A DNA stretch of 64,000 nucleotides from an uncultured Chloroflexia bacterium (GCA_963748625.1 CAVVJT010000002.1:32001-96000); one strand, 5' to 3'; shown: positions 38,228 through 49,174, counted from the stretch's first letter. Notes: generated by a model from the sequence alone, not told the origin. Numbers and translations: made by a program.

Positions 38228-39547
38228 ATGAACACCAAGATCAAGCTCGCTTCGCTCCTTGCGGGCGCGGCGATCGTCGTCACCGCGTGCGGTGGCAGCG
38301 CCGCCACCCCGGCTCCGGCCGCCACCGAGGCCCCCGCGGCCACCGAGGCTCCGGCCGCCACCGAGGCTCCGGCCGCCACCGAGGCCCCCGCGGCCTACTG
38401 CACCGACGCACCCACCGCCCTCACCATCTGGACCAAGGAGGGCGATCCGTCCCTCGCCTACGTCCAGCAGGTCGCTGCCGACTACACCGCCGCGCACCCG
38501 AACGTGACCTTCGAAGTCGTCAACAAGGACGTCGAGGCCCTCCGCGAGGACTTCCAGACGTCGAGCCTCGCGGGCGATTCCCCCGAGATCCTGTGGACCG
38601 TCGCGGACCACATCGGCCCCTTCACCTCGGCTGACCTGATCCTGCCGCTCGACGACATGATCGACACCGCCAGCTACGACGCTGCAGCTCTCGCCATCGC
38701 GCAGGCTGACGGCAAGACCTGGGGCGCGCCGATCTCCTTCGGCAACCAGCTGATGATGTACTTCGACAAGAGCGTCGTTGCCGAGGCTCCGGCCGACAGC
38801 ACCGCCTGGATCGAGGCCGCCAAGGCCGCCACCACCGGCGACAACTACGGCATCGTCTTCAACCAGACCGAGTCCTTCTGGCTCGTCCCGTTCCTGGGCG
38901 GCTTCGACGGCGCCGTCTTCGCTGAGGATGGCGTCACCCCCACCCTGGACACCGACGCCATGAAGGGCGCGCTCCAGTTCATGTATGACCTCAAGTACAC
39001 CGACAAGGTCATGCCGGCCGAGGCCGACTACAACGTCGCCGACGGCCTGTTCAAGGACGGCAAGGCGCCGATGATCATCAACGGCGACTGGGCCATGGCT
39101 GACTACAGCACCGCCAAGGGCGACAACCTGGGCGTGGCCCCGATCCCGCAGATCACCGGCAAGAGCTGGCCGGCCCCGTACATCGCGGGCTCCTTCTGGA
39201 TGGCCAGCAAGGCCGTTGGCGACAACGCCGACATCAAGTGCATCGTCTCCGACTTCTTCACCTGGTCCACCAGCACCGACGAGCAGATCAAGATGGTCTC
39301 GACGCTCAAGCGCCTCCCCGGCAACGCCGCGGCCCTTGCTGACGCCGTCGTGACCGGCGATCCGCTCCTGTCCGGTGCTGCCGAGGCCGCCATGAAGGGC
39401 GTCCCGCAGCCGACCAACCTCGAGATGCGCTGCGTGTTCGACAGCATGACCGCGGGCGTCAAGGACATGTTCGCCGGCAACAGCGACATCGCGAGCATCA
39501 CGGCGACGATGCAGTCGTCCGCCGAATCCTGCATCTCGCAGCAGTAA
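38228..39547 (+). CDS. Maltose/maltodextrin ABC transporter substrate-binding lipoprotein
   Basis: Lipobox VTAC, TEAPAA repeats, FKDGKAPMIINGDW; GH13 gene context. Confidence 0.9.
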   Translation: MNTKIKLASLLAGAAIVVTACGGSAATPAPAATEAPAATEAPAATEAPAATEAPAAYCTDAPTALTIWTKEGDPSLAYVQQVAADYTAAHPNVTFEVVNKDVEALREDFQTSSLAGDSPEILWTVADHIGPFTSADLILPLDDMIDTASYDAAALAIAQADGKTWGAPISFGNQLMMYFDKSVVAEAPADSTAWIEAAKAATTGDNYGIVFNQTESFWLVPFLGGFDGAVFAEDGVTPTLDTDAMKGALQFMYDLKYTDKVMPAEADYNVADGLFKDGKAPMIINGDWAMADYSTAKGDNLGVAPIPQITGKSWPAPYIAGSFWMASKAVGDNADIKCIVSDFFTWSTSTDEQIKMVSTLKRLPGNAAALADAVVTGDPLLSGAAEAAMKGVPQPTNLEMRCVFDSMTAGVKDMFAGNSDIASITATMQSSAESCISQQ

Positions 39548-39560
39548 CCTGTAGGCGGGC

Positions 39561-39595
39561 AACGGGCCCCGGGGCATCGCCCCGGGGCCCGTTCT
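39561..39595 (+). terminator. Stem-loop after the SBP gene (terminator or mRNA stabiliser)
   Basis: AACGGGCCCCGGGG-CATCG-CCCCGGGGCCCGTT. Confidence 0.7.
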
Positions 39596-39642
39596 CCGCC
39601 CCGTCAATCCTTCCCGCACAAACGACCTGAGGGAGGATCCAT

Positions 39643-40668
39643 TTGAGCATCGACGCGGTCATCAACGCACTACGGCAGGTCGGCCTCACCCTCGTTGTCG
39701 TCGCCGTGATCGTTGCGGTGCTCGAGGGCGCCCTCTACCTGCTCCTCGTCAAGGGACTCAAGACCAAGTGGGCGGTCCCCGTCATGCTGGTCGCCCCCGC
39801 GGTCCTCGGGCTCGCCATCCTCGTGGTCTGGCCGCTCCTCTGGGAGGTGAACGTCTCGTTCACCAAGATGAGCCTGAAGAACTTCAGGGACCCCGGGTTC
39901 CTCGGCCTTGCCAACGGCATGTGGGTCGGCCTGGAGAACTACATCCAGGTCTTCACCGAGCCCGTCCTGAAGCTCACCTCGTTCTGGCAGCTCCTCGGCC
40001 AGACGATCCTGTGGACGATCATCAACGTCTTCTTCCACGTCGCGGTCGGCATGGCGCTCGCCCTCCTGCTGCACCGCAAGATGCGGGGCAAGGGCATCTA
40101 CCGCGCGCTGATCATCCTGCCGTGGGCCATTCCCCAGGTCATCGCCCTGCTCGTGTGGCGGACCGAGTTCAACTTCCAGTACGGGATGGTCAACCAGATC
40201 CTGGGGATCTTCGGCATCCCACCGGTCCCCTGGATGTCCGACCCGATCGCGAACTTCGTGGCGATGTGCTTCACCAACATCTGGCTCGGAATCCCGTTCA
40301 TGATGGTCATCATCCTCGGCGGTCTCCAGAGCATCTCGCCGGAGTACTACGAGGCGGCCGAGATCGACGGCGCCAGCAGCCGGCAGTCGTTCCGGGCGAT
40401 CACCATGCCGCTGCTGCGGCCTGTGCTGACCCCGGCGATCATCCTGGGCACCGTCTGGACGTTCAACAACATCAACGTCCCCTTCTTCATCAACCAGAAC
40501 GAGCTCGAGACGAGCGACATCCTGGTCACGGCGCTCTTCCGCCAGGCCTTCCAGTACAACCGGTACGGTGATGCGGCGGCGTTCGCGATCGTGATCTTCC
40601 TGCTCCTGCTCGCCTTCACCATCGTGTACGTCCGCAAGACCGGCAGCCTGAAGGGGGCCTACGAATGA
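39643..40668 (+). CDS. Carbohydrate ABC permease (MalF-like)
   Basis: EAA loop YEAAEIDGAS; PWAIP. Confidence 0.93.
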   Translation: MSIDAVINALRQVGLTLVVVAVIVAVLEGALYLLLVKGLKTKWAVPVMLVAPAVLGLAILVVWPLLWEVNVSFTKMSLKNFRDPGFLGLANGMWVGLENYIQVFTEPVLKLTSFWQLLGQTILWTIINVFFHVAVGMALALLLHRKMRGKGIYRALIILPWAIPQVIALLVWRTEFNFQYGMVNQILGIFGIPPVPWMSDPIANFVAMCFTNIWLGIPFMMVIILGGLQSISPEYYEAAEIDGASSRQSFRAITMPLLRPVLTPAIILGTVWTFNNINVPFFINQNELETSDILVTALFRQAFQYNRYGDAAAFAIVIFLLLLAFTIVYVRKTGSLKGAYE

Positions 40669-41585
40669 GCGGTGCCGTCCCCCCCGTCCAGCAGGCGGGA
40701 GCGCTCCAGAAGGCGTCCCAGAACCGCATCAAGGGCAATACCGGTGAGGGTGGCCGCACCGATGGCCCGCTCAAGCGGCTGGTCATCCACGCCGTCCTGG
40801 CCTTCGCCGCCCTGGTCGCCTTCTTCCCGATCGTGCGCGTGTTCAGCGTCGCCGTCCGACCGGGCAACCAGATGCTCTCCACGGACCTCTCGATCATCCC
40901 CGATGGCGCCACGCTCGAGTCGTTCCGCAAGGTCCTGTTCGAGTCGGACCTGCCGCTCTGGCTCTGGAACAGCCTGATCATCACCCTGGGCACCTCGGTG
41001 CTGGGCGTGATGATCGCGGCGACGTCCGCGTACGCCTTCAGCCGGTACAAGTTCCCGGGGCGCGGCATCGGCCTCACGATGCTGCTGGCCACCCAGCTGA
41101 TCCCGGCCGCGATGCTCCTGGTCCCCCTGTACATCATCGCCGTGCAGCTCAAGCTCCAGAACTCGTACGTGGGCATGGTCATCGGCCTGTCCGTGACCGC
41201 CGTCCCGTTCAGCATCTGGATCCTGAAGGGCTACTACGACACCGTGCCGATCGAACTGGAGGAGGCCGCCCGCATCGACGGCTGCTCGGAGCTGTCGGCC
41301 TTCTGGCGGGTTCTCCTTCCCCTGTCCACGCCGGCCCTCGCGGTGGTGTTCCTGTTCAACTTCCTGTCGGCGTGGAACGACTTCTTCCTCGCGCGGATCC
41401 TGATCTCGAAGGAGACGATGCTCACCTGGCCACTCGGCCTGCAGCGCTTCCAGGCCCAGTTCCAGACGCAGTGGAACGAGCTCGCCGCGTCCTCGATCCT
41501 GATCGCGATCCCGGTCGTGCTCCTGTTCCTCTACTCGTCCAAGTGGCTGGTCTCCGGCGTCACCGCCGGCGGCGTCAAGGGCTAG
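40665..41585 (+). CDS. Carbohydrate ABC permease (MalG-like)
   Basis: EEAARIDG; C-terminal GVTAGGVKG. Confidence 0.93.
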   Translation: MSGAVPPVQQAGALQKASQNRIKGNTGEGGRTDGPLKRLVIHAVLAFAALVAFFPIVRVFSVAVRPGNQMLSTDLSIIPDGATLESFRKVLFESDLPLWLWNSLIITLGTSVLGVMIAATSAYAFSRYKFPGRGIGLTMLLATQLIPAAMLLVPLYIIAVQLKLQNSYVGMVIGLSVTAVPFSIWILKGYYDTVPIELEEAARIDGCSELSAFWRVLLPLSTPALAVVFLFNFLSAWNDFFLARILISKETMLTWPLGLQRFQAQFQTQWNELAASSILIAIPVVLLFLYSSKWLVSGVTAGGVKG

Positions 41586-41661
41586 CCACCCTCCATCCCG
41601 CTGCCACACCCGGGGCCGGTCCGCATCGCGGTCGGCCCCGCGTCCATTGAGGGCCACGTTC

Positions 41662-43215
41662 GTGCCGATCACCACCCCCTCGTGGGTGCAGGACGCCGTG
41701 TTCTACCAGGTCTTCCCGGACCGGTTCGCACGGAGCGGGCGCGTCCGCGCGCCGGGCACGCTTGAACCCTGGGACACGCCGCCCACCACGCTCGGGTTCA
41801 AGGGCGGGGACCTCTACGGCGTCGCCGACCATCTCGACCACCTCGTGGACCTGGGCGTCACCGCCGTCTACCTGAACCCGATCTTCGCCTCCGCCTCGAA
41901 CCACCGTTACCACACCTACGACTACTACCAGGTGGACCCGCTCCTGGGCGGCAACGACGCCCTGCGCGAGCTGCTGGACCGGGCACACGCGAAGGGCATC
42001 CGCGTGGTGCTCGACGCCGTGTTCAACCACGCCAGCCGCGGCTTCTGGCCGTTCCACCACGTCATGGAGTGCGGCGTGGCCTCCCCGTACGTGGACTGGT
42101 TCTACCTGGACGCCGACTATCTCGCCTCCGGCCGCACCCTGGAGGCGTACCCGCAGCGCGAGCTGCCCGTGCTCGACCACTCGACATCGCCGTGGCTGAC
42201 GAGGACCGGCGACTGGTCCAAGCGCGAGCTGGGCTTCCGGGCATGGTGGGACCTGCCGGCGCTGCCCAAGCTCAACGTGGAGAACCCCGAGGTCCGCGAG
42301 TACCTCATGGGGGTCGCGGAGCACTGGATCCGCTTCGGGATCGACGGGTGGCGCCTGGACGTGCCGGACGAGATCACCGACGACGACTTCTGGCGCGAGT
42401 TCCGGCGCCGGGTCAAGGCGCTCAACCCCGAGGCGTACATCGTGGCCGAGATCTGGGCGATCCGGCCGGAGGTCCTGCGGGGCGACATGTACGACTCCCT
42501 GATGAACTACCCGCTGGGCGCCGCGGCGCTGTCGTTCGCCGGCGCCGGGCACCTCGACCGGCCCACCGTGGATGCGCACGCCGGCGTCGGCACGTTCGTC
42601 CACGATGACGACGGACCTGCGTTCGCCACCCGCCTCGAGGAGGTCATCGGCGCCTATCCGCCGGAGGTCGCGGCAGCGCAGCTGAACCTCATCGACAGCC
42701 ATGACACCGCCCGCGCCATCACGATGTGCAGCGGCGACGCGGCCTCGATCCGGCTGGCCACCCTCGCCCAGATGACCCTGCCCGGCGCCCCGTCCATCTA
42801 CTACGGCGGCGAGATCGGCCTAGCCGGCGGCTTCGACCCGGACTGCCGGCGCACCTTCCCGTGGGAGCACCCGGAGACCTGGGACCGGGACCTGCTGGCG
42901 TTCGTCACTGCGGCCATCCACCTGCGGCACGCCACCCCGGTCCTGCGACGGGGCGCGTTCCGCATCGCCGCCGCCGAGGGGCCCGCCATCGCGTGGGTCA
43001 TGGAGGACAACACGTCGGCTGCCCTCATGGTGCTCAACAACGCCGACCAGCAGGCCACGCTCGCCGTTCCGGCAGCCTCGCTGGAGGGACGCACATTGCG
43101 GTCCGCCCCGCTCCCCGGCGACGCGGAGACGGTGACCATCGAGGTCCCCACCGACTCTGCCGCATCCTTCATGCTCACCGTCCCGGCCCGATCCGGCCGG
43201 GTGCTGCTCGCCTAG
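41662..43215 (+). CDS. GH13 neopullulanase/cyclomaltodextrinase, paralog 1
   Basis: YQVFPDRF, SNHRY, DAVFNH, DGWRLDV, AEIW and SHD motifs. Confidence 0.93.
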   Translation: MPITTPSWVQDAVFYQVFPDRFARSGRVRAPGTLEPWDTPPTTLGFKGGDLYGVADHLDHLVDLGVTAVYLNPIFASASNHRYHTYDYYQVDPLLGGNDALRELLDRAHAKGIRVVLDAVFNHASRGFWPFHHVMECGVASPYVDWFYLDADYLASGRTLEAYPQRELPVLDHSTSPWLTRTGDWSKRELGFRAWWDLPALPKLNVENPEVREYLMGVAEHWIRFGIDGWRLDVPDEITDDDFWREFRRRVKALNPEAYIVAEIWAIRPEVLRGDMYDSLMNYPLGAAALSFAGAGHLDRPTVDAHAGVGTFVHDDDGPAFATRLEEVIGAYPPEVAAAQLNLIDSHDTARAITMCSGDAASIRLATLAQMTLPGAPSIYYGGEIGLAGGFDPDCRRTFPWEHPETWDRDLLAFVTAAIHLRHATPVLRRGAFRIAAAEGPAIAWVMEDNTSAALMVLNNADQQATLAVPAASLEGRTLRSAPLPGDAETVTIEVPTDSAASFMLTVPARSGRVLLA

Positions 43216-43225
43216 AGGTCCCGTC

Positions 43226-44773
43226 GTGTCGATCACCACCCCGGAGTGGGTCAAGGACGCCGTCTTCTACCAGGTCTTCCCGGACCGCTTCGCCCGCAGC
43301 GGGCGCGTGGACCAGCCCGGTGACCTGGAGCCCTGGGACGTGCCGCCCACCTACCACGGGTTCAAGGGCGGCGACCTCTACGGCGTGGCCGACCGGCTGG
43401 ACTACCTGGCCAGCCTCGGGGTCACGGCGATCTACCTCAACCCGATCTTCTCGTCGGCATCGAACCACCGGTACCACACGTACGACTACCTCGAGGTGGA
43501 CCCGCTCCTGGGCGGTGACGCCGCCCTGCGCGAGGTGCTGGACCGGGCCCACGCGAAGGGCATCCGCGTGATCCTCGACGGTGTCTTCAACCATGCCAGC
43601 CGCGGCTTCTGGCCGTTCAACCACGTGCTGGAGTGCGGTCTGGACTCCCCGTACGTGGACTGGTTCTACGTCGACCGCGACCAGCTCGCGGCCGGCCGCC
43701 CGCTGCGCGCCTACCCCAACCAGTCCCCGGCAGAAGCCGCCCAGGAGTCGGGCGGCGCCGACCACTTCGGCCAGGAGGGCATCTCCTCGCTTGGCTACGC
43801 CGCGTGGTGGAACCTGCCCGCGCTGCCCAAGCTCAACACCGGCAACCCGCGCGTGCGGGAGTACCTCATGGGGGTCGCCGAGCACTGGATCCGCTTCGGC
43901 GCGGACGGCTGGCGGCTGGACGTGGCCGCCGAGATCGACGACGACGAGTTCTGGCGGGAGTTCCGCCGGCGGGTCAAGGGTGTCAACCCCGACGCCTACA
44001 TCGTGGCCGAGGTCTGGCACGAGGATCACCGCTGGCTCCAGGGCGACCAGTTCGACGCCTACATGAACTACCCGCTGGGCTTCGCGGCCCTCTCGTTCAC
44101 GGCGGCGGGCCACCGCGACCAGGCGGTCATCGACCAGCACGGCGACGTGCGCGCCGGCATCCGCTGGGAGGACGGGGCGGGCTTCCTTGCCCGGGTCCAC
44201 CACCAGCTCACGACCTACGACCCGGCGATCATCGCCGCGCAGCTCAACCTCCTGGGCTCCCACGACATGCCGCGGATCCTCTCGATCTGCGCCGGCGATC
44301 GGGCGGCGGTCCAGATGGCGACCCTGGTGCAGATGACGGTGCCCGGCGCGCCCTGCATCTACTACGGCGACGAGATCGGCATGGCGGGCGCGCATGACCC
44401 GATGTGCCGTGGCGCCTTCCCGGTTGACGAGGGTGCGTGGGACCACGCGATGCTCGCGTTCGTGCGCGGGATCACGGCCCACCGCCATGCGCACGAAGCG
44501 CTCCGGCGCGGGACGTTCACGCCGCTCGCCTCTCACGGGATGGCGGCCGCCTACCAGATGTCCCTCGGGAAGACCGTGTTCGTGGTCGCCCTCAACGCGG
44601 CCGAGGAGTCGTCCACGCTGGTTGTCCCGCTCCACGGTCATGACGGTGCCTCGCTCGTCCCCGAGCTGCCCGGGGGCTGGCCGTGGCCCGCCGGCGAGCC
44701 GGTCCGTGTCGCCGATGGCACTGCCACCATCAGCCTTCCCGCACGCTCCGCGCGCCTGTTCCGCATCCGCTGA
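43226..44773 (+). CDS. GH13 neopullulanase/cyclomaltodextrinase, paralog 2
   Basis: Same catalytic regions (DGVFNH, DGWRLDV, AEVW, SHD). Confidence 0.93.
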   Translation: MSITTPEWVKDAVFYQVFPDRFARSGRVDQPGDLEPWDVPPTYHGFKGGDLYGVADRLDYLASLGVTAIYLNPIFSSASNHRYHTYDYLEVDPLLGGDAALREVLDRAHAKGIRVILDGVFNHASRGFWPFNHVLECGLDSPYVDWFYVDRDQLAAGRPLRAYPNQSPAEAAQESGGADHFGQEGISSLGYAAWWNLPALPKLNTGNPRVREYLMGVAEHWIRFGADGWRLDVAAEIDDDEFWREFRRRVKGVNPDAYIVAEVWHEDHRWLQGDQFDAYMNYPLGFAALSFTAAGHRDQAVIDQHGDVRAGIRWEDGAGFLARVHHQLTTYDPAIIAAQLNLLGSHDMPRILSICAGDRAAVQMATLVQMTVPGAPCIYYGDEIGMAGAHDPMCRGAFPVDEGAWDHAMLAFVRGITAHRHAHEALRRGTFTPLASHGMAAAYQMSLGKTVFVVALNAAEESSTLVVPLHGHDGASLVPELPGGWPWPAGEPVRVADGTATISLPARSARLFRIR

Positions 44774-44823
44774 CACCCGCCGCCACCCGGCGGTCTCGAC
44801 CTGACCGGAGGGGATCCGCTCCC

Positions 44824-47800
44824 ATGGCTACCAGGAACCGCACCCGATCCGGCCGGATGGCCCGAGCGCTGCTCGCGCTGGCCTTGGGCAGCACCGTCCT
44901 CGGCGGCCTGCTGGCTGCGTGCGCGCCGACCGTGACGCCCACGCCCGAGGCGTCTGGTCCCGTGCCCTCGGCATCGGCGGGGACCGGGATCGTGCTGGCG
45001 GCCGACAAGGTGCCCCTCGCCCCCGACGGGGTCATCGACGAGGCGGGTCTCGCCCACGACAGCCGCGACGATGCCTACCGCACCCCGTTCGGCTCGGCGC
45101 CCGCCGGCTCCAGGATCACGCTCCGCCTGCGGGCGACCGCCGGAGACCTGACCGGCGCCACCGTGCGCGTGTGGGACGCGGGCCAGGAGCTCCAGGCGCT
45201 CATCCCGATGAAGGTCATCGCGAGCGACCGGACCGCGGGCGACCACGGCACCGACTGGTGGCAGGTGACCCTGCGCACGCCCGCCACCCCCACGGTGCTC
45301 TGGTACCGGTTCATCGTCACCGACGGCCCCACCACGCGCTACCTCGAGGACGATGCCGCGGCCGACGGCGGGGTCGGCGAGGTCTACTCGGAGAGCCCGG
45401 ACCTCTCGTGGCAGATCGTGCTCCACGAGCCCGGCTTCCGGACGCCCGAGTGGGCGCACGGCGCGACGGTGTACCAGATCTTCCCGGACCGCTTCTACGA
45501 CGGCGACCCGGCCAACAACCCCACGCCCGACGCCGTCCAGGGCACAGAGGGTGCGTCCCTCTTCCGCTACGGGGACGTCTACGGCAACGACGTGCTCCCC
45601 AAGGCATGGGGCGAGCTCCCCGAGGGCGCCTGCCGCGCGTGGCAGGGCGTCGAGTGCACCGAGACCCCGTGGGGTCGTGACTTCTTCGGCGGCGACCTCG
45701 CGGGCATCACGGCAAAGTTGGACGACCTCCAGGCGCTCGGCGTGACCGTCCTCTACCTCAACCCGATCTTCGCCGCGCCGTCGAACCACCGCTACGACAC
45801 GAGCTCGTACACGTTCATCGACCCGGACCTGGGCACGCAGGCGGACTTCGACGAGCTTGCGGCGGCCGCCAAGCGCCGCGGCATGCGCCTCATCCTCGAC
45901 GGCGTCTTCAATCACGTCTCCTCCGACTCGCCCTGGTTCGACCGGCAGCGGCGCTTCGCCGAGACCGGCGCCTGCGAGTCGGCGACGAGCCTCTACCGCA
46001 CCTGGTTCACCTTCCGCGAGCCCAAGCCCGATGAGCCGTCGCCGTGCGCCGCGACCACCGAGGGCGGCACCGACACCTACTACACCGGTTGGTTCGGCTT
46101 CGACACGATCCCGGAGGTCGTGGAGCAGGGGAGCGTGTACGAGCTCTTCACGGGCTCAGCCGGCATCGTCCAGGCCTGGATCAAGCGCGGCAGCGCCGGC
46201 TGGCGGCTCGATGTCATGGACAACCTGTCCCACGGCTTCATGCGCAAGATCCGCGAGGCCGTGAAGGCGACCGACCGGGACGCGCTCGTGCTCGGCGAGA
46301 AATGGGACGACGCGTCGATGTACCTCCTGGGCGACCAGGCCGACAGCGTCATGAACTACCGCTTCCGGCGGGCGGTCATCGGGCTTGTCAACGGCGACAC
46401 CGGCGACCTCGACGGGGCGATCGACGGCCTGACGCCCACGCAGTTCACCGAGGCGATGCGCTCGGTCCAGGAGGACTACCCCGACGCGGCCTTCGCCAGC
46501 CTGCTCAACCTCGTGGACAGCCACGACACCACGCGCATCCTGTGGACGCTCGCGCCCGGCGCCGACACCCCGGCCGAGAAGGAGGCGCCCGTGAACCTGG
46601 CCGTCGGCAAGAGGAAGCTGCGGCAGGTCGCGGCGCTGCAGATGACGTGGCCCGGGATGGCATCGGTCTACTACGGCACCGAGGCGGGCCTCACCGGCCA
46701 GGACGATCCCGACGACCGGCGCACGTACCCCTGGGACAACGTGGACACGGAGTTGCGCGACTGGTACCGGACGCTGGGCCAGCTGCGCCTGGGCTCCGAG
46801 GCGCTCACGACCGGGGACCTGGAGTTCCTGCCCGCCGATGATGCGGCCGGGATCGTGGCGTACGTCCGCCGCTCCCCGACACAGGCCGCGGTGGTCGTGC
46901 TCAACGTCTCCGACACTCCCGCCGAGGCTGCGCTCGTGCTCAACCCCTACCTGCCGTCGGGCACGGTCCTGACCGATGCGCTCAGCGGCGTGACGGTGCA
47001 GATGGGCGAGGAGCCGTCGATCGTCGAGGTGCCCGCGCGGGGCTCGCTCGTGCTGTTCACCCCGCCCGGCGCGGACCTCGAGGCGCCGGCCGCGGCGGGC
47101 GAGGTGACCGCGCTCCCCGGGCCGTCGATCGTGAACCTGTCCTGGGCGGCGGTCGACGGCGCCGCCGGCTACGAGATCTGGCGCAGCATCCTGCCCGGCG
47201 GTGGCTACGAGTCCGTCGGGAAGGGGACCGCGACCACCTACAACGACACCGACGTCCGCAACGGCACCCGCTACTACTACGTGGTGCGCACCGTGGACGG
47301 CGCGGGCAACCTGGGCGATCCCTCGCCCGAGGCCTCCGCTACACCGCAGCTGGAGCTGCTCGACGCGCGCCTCACCGGCGAGGCGGACGTCACCCAGGCC
47401 CTGTCCGCCACGCCCGACGGACGCATCCCGGCTGCGGTCAGTGCCACCGGGACGGCGGCCCCTGGCGCAACCATCGGCATCCGTGCCCAGGTGGGCATCG
47501 GTGCGGACACCGGCGATCCGGTCACCGACTACGCGTGGTCGGACATGACCTTCGCGTCGGACCTCGACGGAGCCGACATCCTCGAAGGGGTCGTCATTCC
47601 GGAGGCCGAGGGCATCTACACGGTCGTCCTACGCGTGTCCACCGACGACGGCACCACGTGGTCCTACGCGGACATGAAGGGCATCGTGGCCGCCGACGGC
47701 GCCACCTGGACCCACCAGGCCGAGTGGGCGCTCACGCTCACCGCCGTCCCCAGCGCGGACACGCAGGCCCCGCCGGCACCAGCCGCCCCCACGGTCGTCA

Positions 47801-48375
47801 CTGTGACCGACGCCTCGATCACCCTTGCGTGGACGCCGGTCAGCGCCCCCGACCTGCTCCGCTACGAGATCCTGCGTGGCACCGCGCCCGGCGGCCCGTA
47901 TGACCTGGTTGGCACGGCCATCGAGCCGGCCTTCACCGACAACTCCGTCTCCAAGGGCACCGCCTACGTCTACGTGGTGCAGGCGGTGGACACGGGCTTC
48001 AACCGCTCCGAACCATCACCGGAGGCCGGCGGCAGCGCCCAGACCCGGCCGGTCGAGGTGACGTTCACCGTCACCCTGCCGCCCTCCACGCCCACCAAGG
48101 AGACGATCTTCATCGCGGGCGACTTCCAGGGCTGGGATCCGGCTGGCACCCCAATGACCAAGGTGGACGACACGTCCTGGTCCGTCACCGTCCCATTCAC
48201 CGAGGGTGACGCCCCCCAGTACAAGTACACCCGCGGGTCATGGGAGGCCGTCGAGAAGGACGCCGCCTGCGGTGAGATCCCCAACCGCACGACCGCGGTC
48301 GCCTGGTCCGAGGGCGGCGTGATGGCGGTCGCCGACACGGTCGCCAAGTGGAGGGACGTGGACCAGTGCCCCTGA
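44824..48375 (+). CDS. Amylopullulanase-like GH13 lipoprotein with FN3 domains and a C-terminal CBM20-like domain
   Basis: Lipobox LAAC; GWRLDV, GEKW, SHD; FN3 motifs YYYVVRTVD and YVYVVQAVD; IFIAGDF…QYKYTRGSWEAVEK. Confidence 0.9.
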   Translation: MATRNRTRSGRMARALLALALGSTVLGGLLAACAPTVTPTPEASGPVPSASAGTGIVLAADKVPLAPDGVIDEAGLAHDSRDDAYRTPFGSAPAGSRITLRLRATAGDLTGATVRVWDAGQELQALIPMKVIASDRTAGDHGTDWWQVTLRTPATPTVLWYRFIVTDGPTTRYLEDDAAADGGVGEVYSESPDLSWQIVLHEPGFRTPEWAHGATVYQIFPDRFYDGDPANNPTPDAVQGTEGASLFRYGDVYGNDVLPKAWGELPEGACRAWQGVECTETPWGRDFFGGDLAGITAKLDDLQALGVTVLYLNPIFAAPSNHRYDTSSYTFIDPDLGTQADFDELAAAAKRRGMRLILDGVFNHVSSDSPWFDRQRRFAETGACESATSLYRTWFTFREPKPDEPSPCAATTEGGTDTYYTGWFGFDTIPEVVEQGSVYELFTGSAGIVQAWIKRGSAGWRLDVMDNLSHGFMRKIREAVKATDRDALVLGEKWDDASMYLLGDQADSVMNYRFRRAVIGLVNGDTGDLDGAIDGLTPTQFTEAMRSVQEDYPDAAFASLLNLVDSHDTTRILWTLAPGADTPAEKEAPVNLAVGKRKLRQVAALQMTWPGMASVYYGTEAGLTGQDDPDDRRTYPWDNVDTELRDWYRTLGQLRLGSEALTTGDLEFLPADDAAGIVAYVRRSPTQAAVVVLNVSDTPAEAALVLNPYLPSGTVLTDALSGVTVQMGEEPSIVEVPARGSLVLFTPPGADLEAPAAAGEVTALPGPSIVNLSWAAVDGAAGYEIWRSILPGGGYESVGKGTATTYNDTDVRNGTRYYYVVRTVDGAGNLGDPSPEASATPQLELLDARLTGEADVTQALSATPDGRIPAAVSATGTAAPGATIGIRAQVGIGADTGDPVTDYAWSDMTFASDLDGADILEGVVIPEAEGIYTVVLRVSTDDGTTWSYADMKGIVAADGATWTHQAEWALTLTAVPSADTQAPPAPAAPTVVTVTDASITLAWTPVSAPDLLRYEILRGTAPGGPYDLVGTAIEPAFTDNSVSKGTAYVYVVQAVDTGFNRSEPSPEAGGSAQTRPVEVTFTVTLPPSTPTKETIFIAGDFQGWDPAGTPMTKVDDTSWSVTVPFTEGDAPQYKYTRGSWEAVEKDAACGEIPNRTTAVAWSEGGVMAVADTVAKWRDVDQCP

Positions 48376-48432
48376 CGCCTGCCTGCCCGCCGGGGTGGCG
48401 GGGCGGGTGCTGCACGCGTATGCTCGGGCCCA

Positions 48433-49104
48433 GTGGCTGATCTCCTCGAGCGCGTCCCGCACCTTGCGTCCCGCCTCGCCGGCGTCATCGACGTCGAAGG
48501 CAAGATTCCGCGCGCCCTGGTCGGGCTTGGGCCGCTCGAGGGCCGCGATGTCGTGCTCCTCGACTCCCCTGGTGCCCCGTTCCTGCCGCTGGTCCTGGCG
48601 GCCGGCGCCGACCCGCAGGTGGTTGAGGTCGTCTCGCCCCTGGCCATCCCGGCAGCCGATACCTCCCTGGACTTCGTGGTGACCCTGTGGTCCGGCTTCC
48701 AGGGCGTGAGCGAGGAGGATCTGCAGGAGGTGGACCGCGTGCTGCGGCCCGGTGGGCGCCTGCTCGTGGTGCATGACTACGGCCGCGACGACGTGAGCCT
48801 GCTGCGTGACCCCGAAGCGCCCGAGTACCGGCTCTGGGGCCGGCGGGAGGGGCCGTTCCTGCGGGGCGGCGGCTTCCGGATCCGTGTCGTGCACTGCTTC
48901 TGGACGTTCCCCGACCTCGACGAGGCCAAGGCCGCGCTGGAGGAGCTGTTCGGGGAGCGCGGAACGGCCGTCGCCGACCGTCTGAAGCGGCCGCGCCTTT
49001 CCTGGAACGTTGCGGTGTACCACCGGTGGCGCGACGGCGTTGCGGCAGCCCCCGGGGACGCCCCCGACGACGGCGCGGACGCCGTCACGGATGGCGGCGC
49101 CTGA
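48433..49104 (+). CDS. SAM-dependent methyltransferase-like protein
   Basis: SLDFVV and EVDRVLRPGGRLLVV; the glycine-rich motif I is degenerate. Confidence 0.65.
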   Translation: MADLLERVPHLASRLAGVIDVEGKIPRALVGLGPLEGRDVVLLDSPGAPFLPLVLAAGADPQVVEVVSPLAIPAADTSLDFVVTLWSGFQGVSEEDLQEVDRVLRPGGRLLVVHDYGRDDVSLLRDPEAPEYRLWGRREGPFLRGGGFRIRVVHCFWTFPDLDEAKAALEELFGERGTAVADRLKRPRLSWNVAVYHRWRDGVAAAPGDAPDDGADAVTDGGA

Positions 49105-49174
49105 CGCCGCGACCGGCAGCCTGGCCCAGGCCGGTTCGGGCCGCCTCGGGCGCCCTCCTGCTACGCTCGGCCCA

